Part shown: positions 39,433 through 48,918 of the stretch, piece after piece
Numbering within the stretch: position 1 is the stretch's first letter
Layout: each line of letters starts with the position of its first letter
Source: a virus
Lineage: Duplodnaviria > Heunggongvirae > Uroviricota > Caudoviricetes
Strand: one strand, 5' to 3'
Length of the DNA stretch: 64,000 bases
IMG/VR virus record: IMGVR_UViG_3300021387_000074
Made by a program: the position numbers and the translations under genes
Notes under the pieces: generated by a model
Told to the model about the DNA's origin: nothing
What the model saw: only the letters and a program-made list of their open reading frames with translations
Database searches by the model: none

Positions 39433-39852
39433 ATGACTATACAAGACATTATTTCTTCTAACTCTGATACGACTTCAGAATTTAAGAATAGAATTACAAA
39501 AAAGAATATAGAAAGAGAAATAACTCTTAGATTTGAAGATTTCAAAAGGTCATTTTTTGGCAGTATAGAATGTACAGCCAAAGCAATATCTGCTGGAACA
39601 ATAGCAGTAAGTTGGAAAGAAGAAAGAGAAGGAGTTGTAATATCTGAGGAACTTAAAAAAGAACTTTTGACAAATTTAAAAGCAACTTGCTATAAAAGAT
39701 TACAAGAGCTTGACCAATATATAAGAGATGTCTTTGAAATAAAAGAAGAAAAAGCAACCGTTGAAACACCTTCAGAACCAACTGGTGATTCTGATAGTGG
39801 TGAAGAAACAGAAGCAAGTGTAAATACTACAAAAGATTATTTCAATTATTAA
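39433..39852 (+). CDS. Hypothetical protein with YFNY tag
   Basis: Ends TTKDYFNY*. Confidence 0.65.
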   Translation: MTIQDIISSNSDTTSEFKNRITKKNIEREITLRFEDFKRSFFGSIECTAKAISAGTIAVSWKEEREGVVISEELKKELLTNLKATCYKRLQELDQYIRDVFEIKEEKATVETPSEPTGDSDSGEETEASVNTTKDYFNY

Positions 39853-39861
39853 GAGGTGTTT

Positions 39862-40284
39862 ATGGACTTTAATAAGATTACAGATTTGCTAGAAGAAAAT
39901 TTAATTCTCGAAAAAAGATCTTATAAACACCGTCCAGGATATGAAGGAAACCAAAAAGGTTCTTATATAGAAAAAGGCAAAACTTATTGGGACTATTCCA
40001 GTGGAGCTACACCTGGAAATGAAAGACTAGTTACCCAAATACAGAGAAAAGGCCAAAAGAAATATGATAAATATTTATCAAGAAGAGAAATAAAAAGATT
40101 TTTGAAGACAGAAGATTCTCAAAAACTTTATAATAAACTTGAAACTGTTGCAAATAAAAAATTCGGCGAAGATAAAAATTCTCCAGAATGGAGAGCATAC
40201 ACATACGGAGGTTTTGCTTCCGCAGCCGCAAGAATATTGTGTGCCAACGATACAAAGAAAAAAGGTTTGCAGTATTTACTATAA
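39862..40284 (+). CDS. Putative internal head protein
   Basis: MDFNKITDLLEE|N leader; ATG 39862 preferred because of SD gagg. Confidence 0.55.
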   Translation: MDFNKITDLLEENLILEKRSYKHRPGYEGNQKGSYIEKGKTYWDYSSGATPGNERLVTQIQRKGQKKYDKYLSRREIKRFLKTEDSQKLYNKLETVANKKFGEDKNSPEWRAYTYGGFASAAARILCANDTKKKGLQYLL

Positions 40285-40286
40285 GC

Positions 40287-40315
40287 TTGACAAATAAAAA
40301 AATAACCTGTATCAT
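40287..40315 (+). promoter_or_regulatory. Sigma70-type promoter (leaderless transcript)
   Basis: TTGACA-N17-TATCAT, ATG 6 nt downstream. Confidence 0.75.
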
Positions 40316-40321
40316 CATGTT

Positions 40322-41704
40322 ATGATACAGGTTATTTTAACTGATGCCACAATTCAGATAAGTGGCGACGATAAAGAATTAAAAAAAATAGAAAAATTCC
40401 AAACATATGACGATAACTCAGCTTGTTTTTCTAGGGCTGGTTATGATATCAAAAAATTAAAGCATGTCCCTTTAATGAAAAATATTAAAGGAAGATTAGT
40501 TGGTTTTGCTGGCTTAACAAAAGAAATAATTTTGTTTTGCAGAAACAATAATATAAAAATAGAACACTTTGAAGATAAAAGAACGCATTTTGATTTTCAA
40601 GAAAAAGATTGGACTGATGATGAATTAAAATCTTTCCTACCAAATTTTGACTATGTTGAACATCAGATAAGAGCACTGAAAGCACTTCTCAAAACAAACA
40701 AAATGATTGTATGTGCTCCAACTTCTGCTGGTAAATCTTCAATTATGGCGGCTTGGTTAAAACTTACAAATCTTCCAACATTAATATTAACAGATAGAGC
40801 AACTCTTGGTGCTCAGCTTGCGCAAGATTTTAGAGATAAAGGAATTGATTGTGGCTTCTGCTCTGGTAATGGCGTAAGACAAGGTTATTGTATGGTATCT
40901 ACAATCCAATCTGTAAAGAAGTTAGATATTTCAAGATTTCAGATGATACTCGCAGATGAAGTTCACAAACATTCTTCGAAAACATTCCAAGAGTTTTATG
41001 CTTCATTCGGCTGTCCTTTAAAGTATGGATTTTCTGCTTCACCATCAAATGGAAATTTATTAGACTTTGCAAGAATTAGACAACACTTTGGAAGTATTGG
41101 TATTCAAATTAAATCAAAAGAACTTTCAGATAATGGAGTAATGGCAAAAGCAAAAATCAATTTAGTAAAGGTTGATTGTCCCGAAACCTTTGACTATCCA
41201 TCAGCAAACGACACTGGAATTGTTCATAATAAATTAAGAAATGATGTTATTAGAAAGATAGTAGAAAAGCATAAGAACGACGGTTATATTTGTATTCTTA
41301 CAAGAATTCTTGAGCACGGAGAAGAACTTGAAAAAACAATCCCTGGAGCTGTTTATCTTAAAGGTGATGATCCACTTAACAAAAGACTTGATATAATAAA
41401 ACAGTTTAATAATGGAGAAATACCAGTTCTTATAGGTTCTTCAATTCTTAACGAAGGTATTTCTATTTCAAATATGAAAGTTCTTATAATGGCAAGTGGT
41501 GGTAAAGCACAAACTCAAACAATTCAGAAAATTGGTCGTGTATTAAGAATTACAAAAGAAAAAAGAGAAGGTATTTTCTATGATTTTATAGATGCTGGAA
41601 ATAAGTATTTGTTTAAACACTCAAAACAAAGATTGGCATTATACAAAAAAGAAGGATATGAAGATATTTCAGTTCTTGACTCGGACTTGACAAAAATAAA
41701 GTAA
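40322..41704 (+). CDS. uvsW: SF2 DNA helicase (T4 UvsW-like)
   Basis: HQ Q-motif, APTSAGKS, DEVH, GFSASP, ILNEGISI, QKIGRVLR. Confidence 0.85.
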   Translation: MIQVILTDATIQISGDDKELKKIEKFQTYDDNSACFSRAGYDIKKLKHVPLMKNIKGRLVGFAGLTKEIILFCRNNNIKIEHFEDKRTHFDFQEKDWTDDELKSFLPNFDYVEHQIRALKALLKTNKMIVCAPTSAGKSSIMAAWLKLTNLPTLILTDRATLGAQLAQDFRDKGIDCGFCSGNGVRQGYCMVSTIQSVKKLDISRFQMILADEVHKHSSKTFQEFYASFGCPLKYGFSASPSNGNLLDFARIRQHFGSIGIQIKSKELSDNGVMAKAKINLVKVDCPETFDYPSANDTGIVHNKLRNDVIRKIVEKHKNDGYICILTRILEHGEELEKTIPGAVYLKGDDPLNKRLDIIKQFNNGEIPVLIGSSILNEGISISNMKVLIMASGGKAQTQTIQKIGRVLRITKEKREGIFYDFIDAGNKYLFKHSKQRLALYKKEGYEDISVLDSDLTKIK

Positions 41705-41715
41705 AATCATATAAT
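41687..41715 (+). promoter_or_regulatory. Consensus sigma70 promoter (leaderless transcript)
   Basis: TTGACA-N17-TATAAT, ATG 41722 6 nt downstream. Confidence 0.85.
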
Positions 41716-41721
41716 TTATAT

Positions 41722-41982
41722 ATGATTAAATCTTATAAAATTAAAGAAACATTTCAAGCTCTTCTTTGGTCTGGCAAAAATAAAGAAGAGCTTGAAGATT
41801 TTGTTGGCAAAGAAAATCTAGAATGGACATTATCAACTATAAGACCGCCAGTACCAGAAATAACCAAAAATAATTTAACACCAAATGAAAAAATAGAAAT
41901 CGGAACTTATATTTTAAATAAAGATGGCTCATTTGAAATAATAAAGTCTGATGATTTTTTAAGAAAATATGAAGAAGTTTAA
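41722..41982 (+). CDS. Small hypothetical protein
   Basis: 86 aa; conserved-looking EIGTYILNKDGSF...DDFLRKYEEV. Confidence 0.7.
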   Translation: MIKSYKIKETFQALLWSGKNKEELEDFVGKENLEWTLSTIRPPVPEITKNNLTPNEKIEIGTYILNKDGSFEIIKSDDFLRKYEEV

Positions 41983-41988
41983 GGAGTA

Positions 41989-42894
41989 ATGATGGAATAC
42001 GTTAAAAACAATGTAAAACTAATTGACTTGGCAGAGCCAGGAAGAAAGATTGAATACGCTGGTAGAGTGTGCTATAAATCACAAGATAAAATTTCTGAAG
42101 ATTCATACGAACGCTTCATTAAAGGAATTGTGAACAGAGGTCACACTTCTGTTCTTGAACATGAAAGAAAAATGTTTGCAATTCCAGCAAATGTTTTTTG
42201 TGAAAATTATTATAGAGAAATGTTTGAATTTGAACACTATTTTAATATAACCGTAAATACAAGCGGAGCACCTACACATTTTTTTGTTTCTGGAGATATA
42301 AGAGCTTGGTATGAATTACTAAATGGCGAAAAGTCGATAATGTATCAAGAAGAAACAAAGGTTTTAAATAATTTCTTACATAAAGATTATCCTTATCTGT
42401 TTGAGGTCGATGAAAGTGAAGATGTTAGAGATGATAACATTCTTTATGATTTGGATGCTGAAAAAATTTGTGATAATTTAAGTGCTCATAAGGCTTACAC
42501 TTTTGAAATTGTAGGAAGCCGTTCTTTTACTCATCAGATTGTAAGACATCGTTCTTTGTCATTCTCTCAGGAAAGTCAGAGATATTGTAATTATAACGGT
42601 GATAAATTTAATCATTCTATAAGATTTATAAAAAGCGAAAGTGTAGATGAGAATATACTGAAAATAATAGAAGATTCTTATTTTAAAGCCATTGAAAATG
42701 GTGCAAAACCAGAAGATGCAAGACAGATTTTGCCAAACTGCACCGCTTCTACAATTGTTGTAACAGGAACAATTGATGACTGGAAAAAGTTTTTACATCT
42801 TAGAGTAGATACTCATGCCCAAAAAGAGATTAGAGAAATAGCAGAGTCTATTATGAGTTACCTTCGTTTGACAAAAAAGGATATTAATTTATAA
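41989..42894 (+). CDS. thyX: FAD-dependent thymidylate synthase
   Basis: IEYAGRVCYKS, GHTSVLEH, SRSFTHQIVRHRSLSFSQESQRY signature, EDARQILP, HAQKEIR. Confidence 0.95.
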   Translation: MMEYVKNNVKLIDLAEPGRKIEYAGRVCYKSQDKISEDSYERFIKGIVNRGHTSVLEHERKMFAIPANVFCENYYREMFEFEHYFNITVNTSGAPTHFFVSGDIRAWYELLNGEKSIMYQEETKVLNNFLHKDYPYLFEVDESEDVRDDNILYDLDAEKICDNLSAHKAYTFEIVGSRSFTHQIVRHRSLSFSQESQRYCNYNGDKFNHSIRFIKSESVDENILKIIEDSYFKAIENGAKPEDARQILPNCTASTIVVTGTIDDWKKFLHLRVDTHAQKEIREIAESIMSYLRLTKKDINL

Positions 42895-42895
42895 T
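42868..42895 (+). promoter_or_regulatory. Sigma70-type promoter
   Basis: TTGACA-N16-TATAAT overlapping the thyX 3' end. Confidence 0.6.
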
Positions 42896-42950
42896 TAAAT
42901 CGAAGATTCTCCATTTTTCTTAAAATGGAGAAAAAATTGGAGTTGAGCAG

Positions 42951-43277
42951 ATGATTAATATTTTTTACGCAAGTGAAACAAATGACGCAGCAGCAAAGAA
43001 AAGGAATAAAAAAATAGCTGAAGCAGCAAAAAACACCATAAAAGAATATGGTTATATAGAAGTTTATTCTTCCAAAAATGGTCAACGTGCTGCTATTATA
43101 AAGGATAAAGAAACGATAATACCTTATTGGGGAGGAGTAAGTTTTGAGTTAGATGATGAAATTGACTCAGCTTTGGCACAAAAAGGTAATTTAGTTCATG
43201 AAATTTGTTTTGGAAGCATACCAGATCCAAAAGCACCAGAACAAGAGGTATTGGGAATAGAAAAAATACTTATCTAA
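42951..43277 (+). CDS. Hypothetical protein
   Basis: 108-aa ORF. Confidence 0.65.
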   Translation: MINIFYASETNDAAAKKRNKKIAEAAKNTIKEYGYIEVYSSKNGQRAAIIKDKETIIPYWGGVSFELDDEIDSALAQKGNLVHEICFGSIPDPKAPEQEVLGIEKILI

Positions 43278-43292
43278 TTAAAAGTTAAATGT

Positions 43293-45770
43293 ATGATTGA
43301 AAACTACGTTTACAAAAAAGAAAGTAATCCCAAAACATTTTGGTATGAAGATAGAAAAATAAGCCTTAGAAGATATCAAAAAGATCTTCTATTTTATTGG
43401 TCTGGTGAAGAAGATAAAGCAGAATACGCTATTTTTGATAAATCACCAATTTGCGAAAATCTACCATCTATTTATAATGGTGGTAGATTTGGTAATTATT
43501 CTAGAATTTCTTCGCCAATTTCATTTGATGGCAGAAACTTTGAAAGTTTAACTGATAATCTCCATGTTAGTTTTTGGCTTGGTGCTAATTGTTTGAACGG
43601 ATATAGCACTATATTTTTAGAGAAGAATGGAGACTGGCAGAACTTAAGCGCAGGTGATTATTCTTTCACACTTCAAATAGATGGTGAAATTTCAAATACT
43701 ATTATTTTAAAATTAAAAGAAGGAACAACTTTTGCCACATTAAAAAATAAACTTTCTTTTGAGTTGGATCCAAATAAATATAATGTAGAAGTTGACTTAG
43801 AACAAACCACAAGTTCAGTTATAGCAATAAGATGCTTAATTAAAGGTAAAACATTTAAGATTTCTGAAGGAACAGATGGAACAAACTTATTAACTGTTCT
43901 TAAGCAAGTAGAAAAAACAAACGGCTTTTTACCTTCTGAAAATGTAGATATTGTAAAGTTTGAAGCAGAAAATTCTTCATTTACAATTTCACACATAGCT
44001 GCTTCAGAAAATGATAAAACACTTTCTAAGCTTAAATTTACACTTTCTCAAGGAGAAACAAGCAAAACAACAAGTATCCCTTGGAATAATAACGGTGTAG
44101 ATTTAGACCACGTTGAAGTAGACATAGATAGTTCAGTAATGTATGTTTTCCTTAATGGTGAATTACTTAAAGCAGTTTTGATTTCACCAATAAAGAGAAC
44201 AGCAGAAATAACAACTTTAACAATTAATGGTACAGAAAATGATTTCTATTCTATTGAAGAATTTATAGTTAAGTCAAAACTTCAAAATAAAGAAAGTTTT
44301 GAAGCACCAACCTCGCAACTTACAGAATATGATACAACAAGACCTTACATAGATTTCTATTTCTCTGGCGATAAGATTTTTGAAAATTCTTTAAATTCAT
44401 TAGTAGCAAAGTGCTCAGAGAATATAGATTTTGTTTTAAATTATGACGGCTTGTTCTACTACTACAGTGCTGGAGCTTGGAGACAATCAGACGGAACTTA
44501 TACAAAATCAAACGATTGTTATACATTCGCAGACTATATAGACCAATTCACATTCTCTGGAAAGGACGAAATGTTTATCCGCGCCTTCTTTGAAAGTGAT
44601 GGTAATACTCCAGCTTGGATAGAAGATTTATATTTCACATTAAATGACGATTCTCTTCTTGGTGATGGTTCTACAACACCAGCTATCTTAGTTGGCGAAA
44701 AAGAACATGACGACAATGAAGAACTTCAAGTAAAAGATAAAACTCTTGTAATACAAACAGACCAAGGAACAACAGAAATAACATTCCCAGACAATTTAAC
44801 TATCGACGACGTAATAAAACTTATAAAAGAAAACTACCCAGAGGGTATAGCAAGTGTTTATAAAGACAACGCTGGTAGAATTGTATTAATTTCTGAAACA
44901 AAAGGAGACAACTCTTATATAATTGTTTCTGGAAATGCTGCAGAAGATTTATTTGGAAACACAAAAGGTGCTCAAGGTACAGACCAAGTAAAGAATACTC
45001 TTGAAGACAACTATAACAAGTTTATAGAAGATGTAAAAAGTTATAGCTCTAACGATTTAATCCCAATAGAGATAAAAGATGACCAGGTTAGACTTTATTT
45101 ACAAGAAGCTTTAAATATTTACAAAAAATACAGAAGTGATGAAATTAATACATATAGCGTTCAGCTAAAAGGTAATGCAGAAATTGGTTATGAAATTCCA
45201 CCAATTATAGAAGATTGGCATGATATAACAGATATTCTGTTTAGACCACTTTTTCCAATCGGCTTCTACACTGGTTCTTTTGATAACAATGCAGAAGACG
45301 TAATTGCATTAACACTTGTTAACGCAATGTGTGGAAAGGGTTCTACAAACTATGGAGAGTTCTACGGAAAAGGTTTCCAAACTGATTACTATATTAGTAT
45401 GATGAATATCCAAGCGATGGAAAGAATCTTAGGTTTAGACCCAACTTGGAAAGTAATGAACAACAGACTTTATATTTTCCCTAATAATATATCTAAGTAT
45501 TTATCTGTTTCTATTTGTTATAAAGCACCAGTAGACCCAATAAAAGCAATGAGAGATCCTTATATCATACAATATGTTTATGGTAAAATAAGAATGGCTC
45601 AGGGTGAAGTAAGAGGACAGTACGGAAGTAATTTGTCTGCAGGAGGTGGAACTGGAATAGCAATGCAGTTTAATGGAGACTCTATGTATGAAAGAGGTGA
45701 AAGAGCTGTAGAAAAAGCAGTAGAGGGTATGATGAAAAACCAAGAACCTTTAGGATTTATTTGGGGATAA
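43293..45770 (+). CDS. Neck protein (T4 gp13-like) with about 550-aa N-terminal extension
   Basis: C-terminal YIIQYVYGKIRMAQGEVRGQYGSNLSAGG...FNGDSMYERG...EPLGFIWG matches the gp13 pattern; N-terminal LamG-like beta domains. Confidence 0.7.
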   Translation: MIENYVYKKESNPKTFWYEDRKISLRRYQKDLLFYWSGEEDKAEYAIFDKSPICENLPSIYNGGRFGNYSRISSPISFDGRNFESLTDNLHVSFWLGANCLNGYSTIFLEKNGDWQNLSAGDYSFTLQIDGEISNTIILKLKEGTTFATLKNKLSFELDPNKYNVEVDLEQTTSSVIAIRCLIKGKTFKISEGTDGTNLLTVLKQVEKTNGFLPSENVDIVKFEAENSSFTISHIAASENDKTLSKLKFTLSQGETSKTTSIPWNNNGVDLDHVEVDIDSSVMYVFLNGELLKAVLISPIKRTAEITTLTINGTENDFYSIEEFIVKSKLQNKESFEAPTSQLTEYDTTRPYIDFYFSGDKIFENSLNSLVAKCSENIDFVLNYDGLFYYYSAGAWRQSDGTYTKSNDCYTFADYIDQFTFSGKDEMFIRAFFESDGNTPAWIEDLYFTLNDDSLLGDGSTTPAILVGEKEHDDNEELQVKDKTLVIQTDQGTTEITFPDNLTIDDVIKLIKENYPEGIASVYKDNAGRIVLISETKGDNSYIIVSGNAAEDLFGNTKGAQGTDQVKNTLEDNYNKFIEDVKSYSSNDLIPIEIKDDQVRLYLQEALNIYKKYRSDEINTYSVQLKGNAEIGYEIPPIIEDWHDITDILFRPLFPIGFYTGSFDNNAEDVIALTLVNAMCGKGSTNYGEFYGKGFQTDYYISMMNIQAMERILGLDPTWKVMNNRLYIFPNNISKYLSVSICYKAPVDPIKAMRDPYIIQYVYGKIRMAQGEVRGQYGSNLSAGGGTGIAMQFNGDSMYERGERAVEKAVEGMMKNQEPLGFIWG

Positions 45771-45781
45771 GAGGTGAGAGA

Positions 45782-46645
45782 ATGATAGATGAGAAGGAAA
45801 TAACATTTTTTACAATAGACTTAAATGATTACATAGAGAAAAACCAAGTGGCTTCTTTCTGTGTTAATCATTTTAAGACTTCGTTTCCAGAATTGAAATA
45901 CAAAATCTACACACCAAAAGACAAAATTGTAAAAGAGTGTATGGAAGAATACGGAGAAATCATAGATGTACTTCTAAATGGGTTTGCTTGTCCGCAGATT
46001 GCTTCAGATGTTGTAAGACTTTATATTTTAAACAAGAAGAAAAAGCATATCTATTTGGACGGGGATATATTTATAAGAGACTTTAATTTTTTAAAAAGAG
46101 TAGACCCAAAGAAATCATTATTCTTTCTTGGCGGCTTTCAAATGATTTATTCTGGCAATGATAATAAAGAAATCTTTGGAAAAATGCTAGACTTTTACAA
46201 GATGATAGATATAGAAACCATGTGGAAAAAATATGGTGAATTGCACTCTGATGAAGAAAGAGTAGATTACTGCTATAACAATTTTGCAGACCATCTATTA
46301 AGAAAAAAAATTTTATCGCCAGAAGTTGGATATAACAAATATTATCCAGGGGCTGATAGTAGTAGTTATTATCATTTTGAGGCTAGATTTGCTGGTGGCA
46401 AAAAATTTGGTGGTGTAAAGTTTTTATTTTCAGATAAATCAAAAGAAGATTTTGTTAACTTCCCACAAGAAAAAAAAGAAGAATATTTTAGTTATGAAAA
46501 TAAATTGTATGGTGGAGTTATAGCAACAGTAGAAGAATTAGAAACTTATAAAAATGATTTAATACCTTGGAACTTAATGTTCAATACGGTAGAAGACTGT
46601 TTATTATTTTTGCAAAAAAATAACAACGGAGCTATATTTTTATGA
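45782..46645 (+). CDS. DxD glycosyltransferase (GT32-like)
   Basis: IASDVVRLYIL...HIYLDGDIF; start moved to ATG 45782 (SD gaggt). Confidence 0.7.
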   Translation: MIDEKEITFFTIDLNDYIEKNQVASFCVNHFKTSFPELKYKIYTPKDKIVKECMEEYGEIIDVLLNGFACPQIASDVVRLYILNKKKKHIYLDGDIFIRDFNFLKRVDPKKSLFFLGGFQMIYSGNDNKEIFGKMLDFYKMIDIETMWKKYGELHSDEERVDYCYNNFADHLLRKKILSPEVGYNKYYPGADSSSYYHFEARFAGGKKFGGVKFLFSDKSKEDFVNFPQEKKEEYFSYENKLYGGVIATVEELETYKNDLIPWNLMFNTVEDCLLFLQKNNNGAIFL

Positions 46646-47487
46646 CATTTTTTACAATAGATACAGACCCAGAGCAAAAGTTTTTAAATAACGACAGAGT
46701 ATCGCAAGTTTGCTTAGCACAGTTAAAAAAACTTTTAAAAGATACAGATATAGAATTTAAAATTTTTACACCAAAAGACAAAATAGTTCAAGATTGTCTC
46801 AGTGAGTTTAGTAATTATTTTAAATATATAAGAGAAGTGTTTCCTACAAACAGTGCTCCATTTGAAGCAGATCTTATAAGAATTTATATCTTAAGCAAAA
46901 ATAAAAATTATTTATATCTTGACTCCGATATATACTTAAAAAATTTAGATATTGTAAAATTTTTAGGCAAAGAAGCAAAAAGTATAATGAAATTTTGTTT
47001 TGCGGGGCTTTGGAGTGGAGAACACCCAGAAGCTTTCGATGTTATTTTAGACTATTACAAAGAAATAAATGATAACGGGTATCAGTATATAATAGAAAAA
47101 TATGGGTTAGTAAAAAATAGTGATTATACATCTGACGCTGCAGCTTATATAAATAGTGGTTGTAATCTTGATGCTTTCTCTTGGGAAGAATTATCAAAAT
47201 CTTCACTTTTTCATTTCCCAAGTTTTAGATTCCAAAAAGGGTATAAATATTATGTATGTTCAGACGAAACAGCAGAAAAAATAAAAAACTGTCCAGACAC
47301 TTGGAATTCTTTTAAAGAACAAAAAATAAAAATAATTTGTAAAAATTTTCCTTGGTTTGAATGGGAAAACGATCCAAATAAAAATGAGTATGTATGTATT
47401 TATGTTATAGCATATGGAATATGTTTTGAGAAAGAAGAGTTTTTAAAACTATTTAGAGAATTATTTCCAGACTATGAAATTATTTAA
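46642..47487 (+). CDS. DxD glycosyltransferase (GT32-like), tandem paralog
   Basis: FEADLIRIYIL...YLYLDSDIY; shares IFTPKDKIV with 45782. Confidence 0.7.
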   Translation: MTFFTIDTDPEQKFLNNDRVSQVCLAQLKKLLKDTDIEFKIFTPKDKIVQDCLSEFSNYFKYIREVFPTNSAPFEADLIRIYILSKNKNYLYLDSDIYLKNLDIVKFLGKEAKSIMKFCFAGLWSGEHPEAFDVILDYYKEINDNGYQYIIEKYGLVKNSDYTSDAAAYINSGCNLDAFSWEELSKSSLFHFPSFRFQKGYKYYVCSDETAEKIKNCPDTWNSFKEQKIKIICKNFPWFEWENDPNKNEYVCIYVIAYGICFEKEEFLKLFRELFPDYEII

Positions 47488-47507
47488 GTTAATAAAAGGA
47501 AATAAAC

Positions 47508-48341
47508 ATGTCATTTAATTATATAGATGCTTTTAATAATTCTTCTCAGTTAGAATATGAATCAAATCAGCACGATAAGTCTGTAGAACTTCAAGGAAGA
47601 AGATGCTATATTTTTTTACTAGATAGAGAGAAAACAGAAAAATCTGAAATTTACAACGAAGCAGTTGGGGCAAGAATTTATCTACCACACTTTGAGCAAA
47701 GAGCTCTCTACAATATGAATAGCTGGACAGGAAGTGTTGGATTAAATAATTATGTAGAAACAGAAGATACTATCGACTTTGAATTTAATTTTGCAAGAAT
47801 GGTTTGCAATATTAGAAACTTAAAGGATAAGAAATCTGGAAAATTAAAAATAAAAAACACTTCAAAAGAAATATTACATTTAATAATAGAAAATAATAAG
47901 TTCATTGTCAGAAGTGCAAACTCTGTAATCTTACTTTCTTTGGATTTGGAAAGTTATAAATCTATAAAACAGTTCATAAATGACGCAAAAACAAAGTGCT
48001 CTTTAGTTGATTTAGAGTATTCTGGCGATATGGAATTAGCAAAGAATATTATTTCTGTAAATAAAAAACTTCTTCCAAATAGAAAAGAAGAAATTGATGT
48101 TGTAAGTAGAGTATACCAGAATTGTCAGGATGTAATTTGGGATGGTGATATAATACTTACAGATAAGTACAAACTTTATCAAGTAAACAATGCTTATCCA
48201 ACGGGCGCAATGGTTAACGAGTATACCTCTTGGACTTGCAAGTGTAATATAATAGACTTAGCAATTGCTAGTCTTCCAGATGATTACAGAAAAATAGTAG
48301 AAAGAAACAACTACGGACTTCCAAAAACAAAAATAAGTTAA
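47508..48341 (+). CDS. Head-completion/neck protein (T4 gp14-like)
   Basis: ESNQHDKSVELQGRRCYIF...IYNE...GDII...KLYQV...WTCKC layout; position between gp13-like and gp15-like genes. Confidence 0.55.
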   Translation: MSFNYIDAFNNSSQLEYESNQHDKSVELQGRRCYIFLLDREKTEKSEIYNEAVGARIYLPHFEQRALYNMNSWTGSVGLNNYVETEDTIDFEFNFARMVCNIRNLKDKKSGKLKIKNTSKEILHLIIENNKFIVRSANSVILLSLDLESYKSIKQFINDAKTKCSLVDLEYSGDMELAKNIISVNKKLLPNRKEEIDVVSRVYQNCQDVIWDGDIILTDKYKLYQVNNAYPTGAMVNEYTSWTCKCNIIDLAIASLPDDYRKIVERNNYGLPKTKIS

Positions 48342-48345
48342 TAAT

Positions 48346-48918
48346 ATGACAAGTTTTAAAGATTATTATGAAACAAAAGAAGCAGAGAGTGTCCTTGAAG
48401 AAGGATTCGCTAATGTTCTTGGAAGTATATTAGGAATTGGAACAACTGGTGTTTTATCAGCTTGGATAGCCGCTTTACTTTTTAAAGGTGGTGTTGGAGC
48501 AATTAATAGTATTGCAAAAACAATGGGTAAAGAGGGTATTACTTTTAAAAAGAATTTTAAAGAAGCCAATAAAGATAATCCAGCGGTAAAAAAAGAACTT
48601 AACGAAATGGAAGTTCTTAAGAATAAATATCAGGAAGAAATCAGCCCACTTCTTAATGATGTAAAAGCAAAAAGATGGAACGCTGCTAGAGAAGACTATC
48701 AGAACTTACCACTTGATTTAAAAAATTCTGTAGAAATTAAAAGAATAATCATAGAGGAAGTTATGAAAGTTTGTGGCGTTGCTATAATTGATGAGCCAAC
48801 TCCTGGATCAGAATCATATCAGGCTGTAAGAAAAATCATTGATTTAAAAACAGCAAAGGCAACCGCAGAAGCAACAAAAGCACAGATTAAAAAGTACATA
48901 ATTGAAAAGGAAAACTAA
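48346..48918 (+). CDS. Putative internal head protein with cryptic membrane segment
   Basis: SVLEE|GFANVLGSILGIGTTGVLSAWIAALLF; leaderless after AAGTTAA. Confidence 0.55.
   Translation: MTSFKDYYETKEAESVLEEGFANVLGSILGIGTTGVLSAWIAALLFKGGVGAINSIAKTMGKEGITFKKNFKEANKDNPAVKKELNEMEVLKNKYQEEISPLLNDVKAKRWNAAREDYQNLPLDLKNSVEIKRIIIEEVMKVCGVAIIDEPTPGSESYQAVRKIIDLKTAKATAEATKAQIKKYIIEKEN

Noticed and set aside
13960-39852. YFPY tails as a DNA-level recombination site (attC-like cassette array)
   Set aside because: Third codon positions vary synonymously, downstream DNA is not conserved, and no integrase is present in the window
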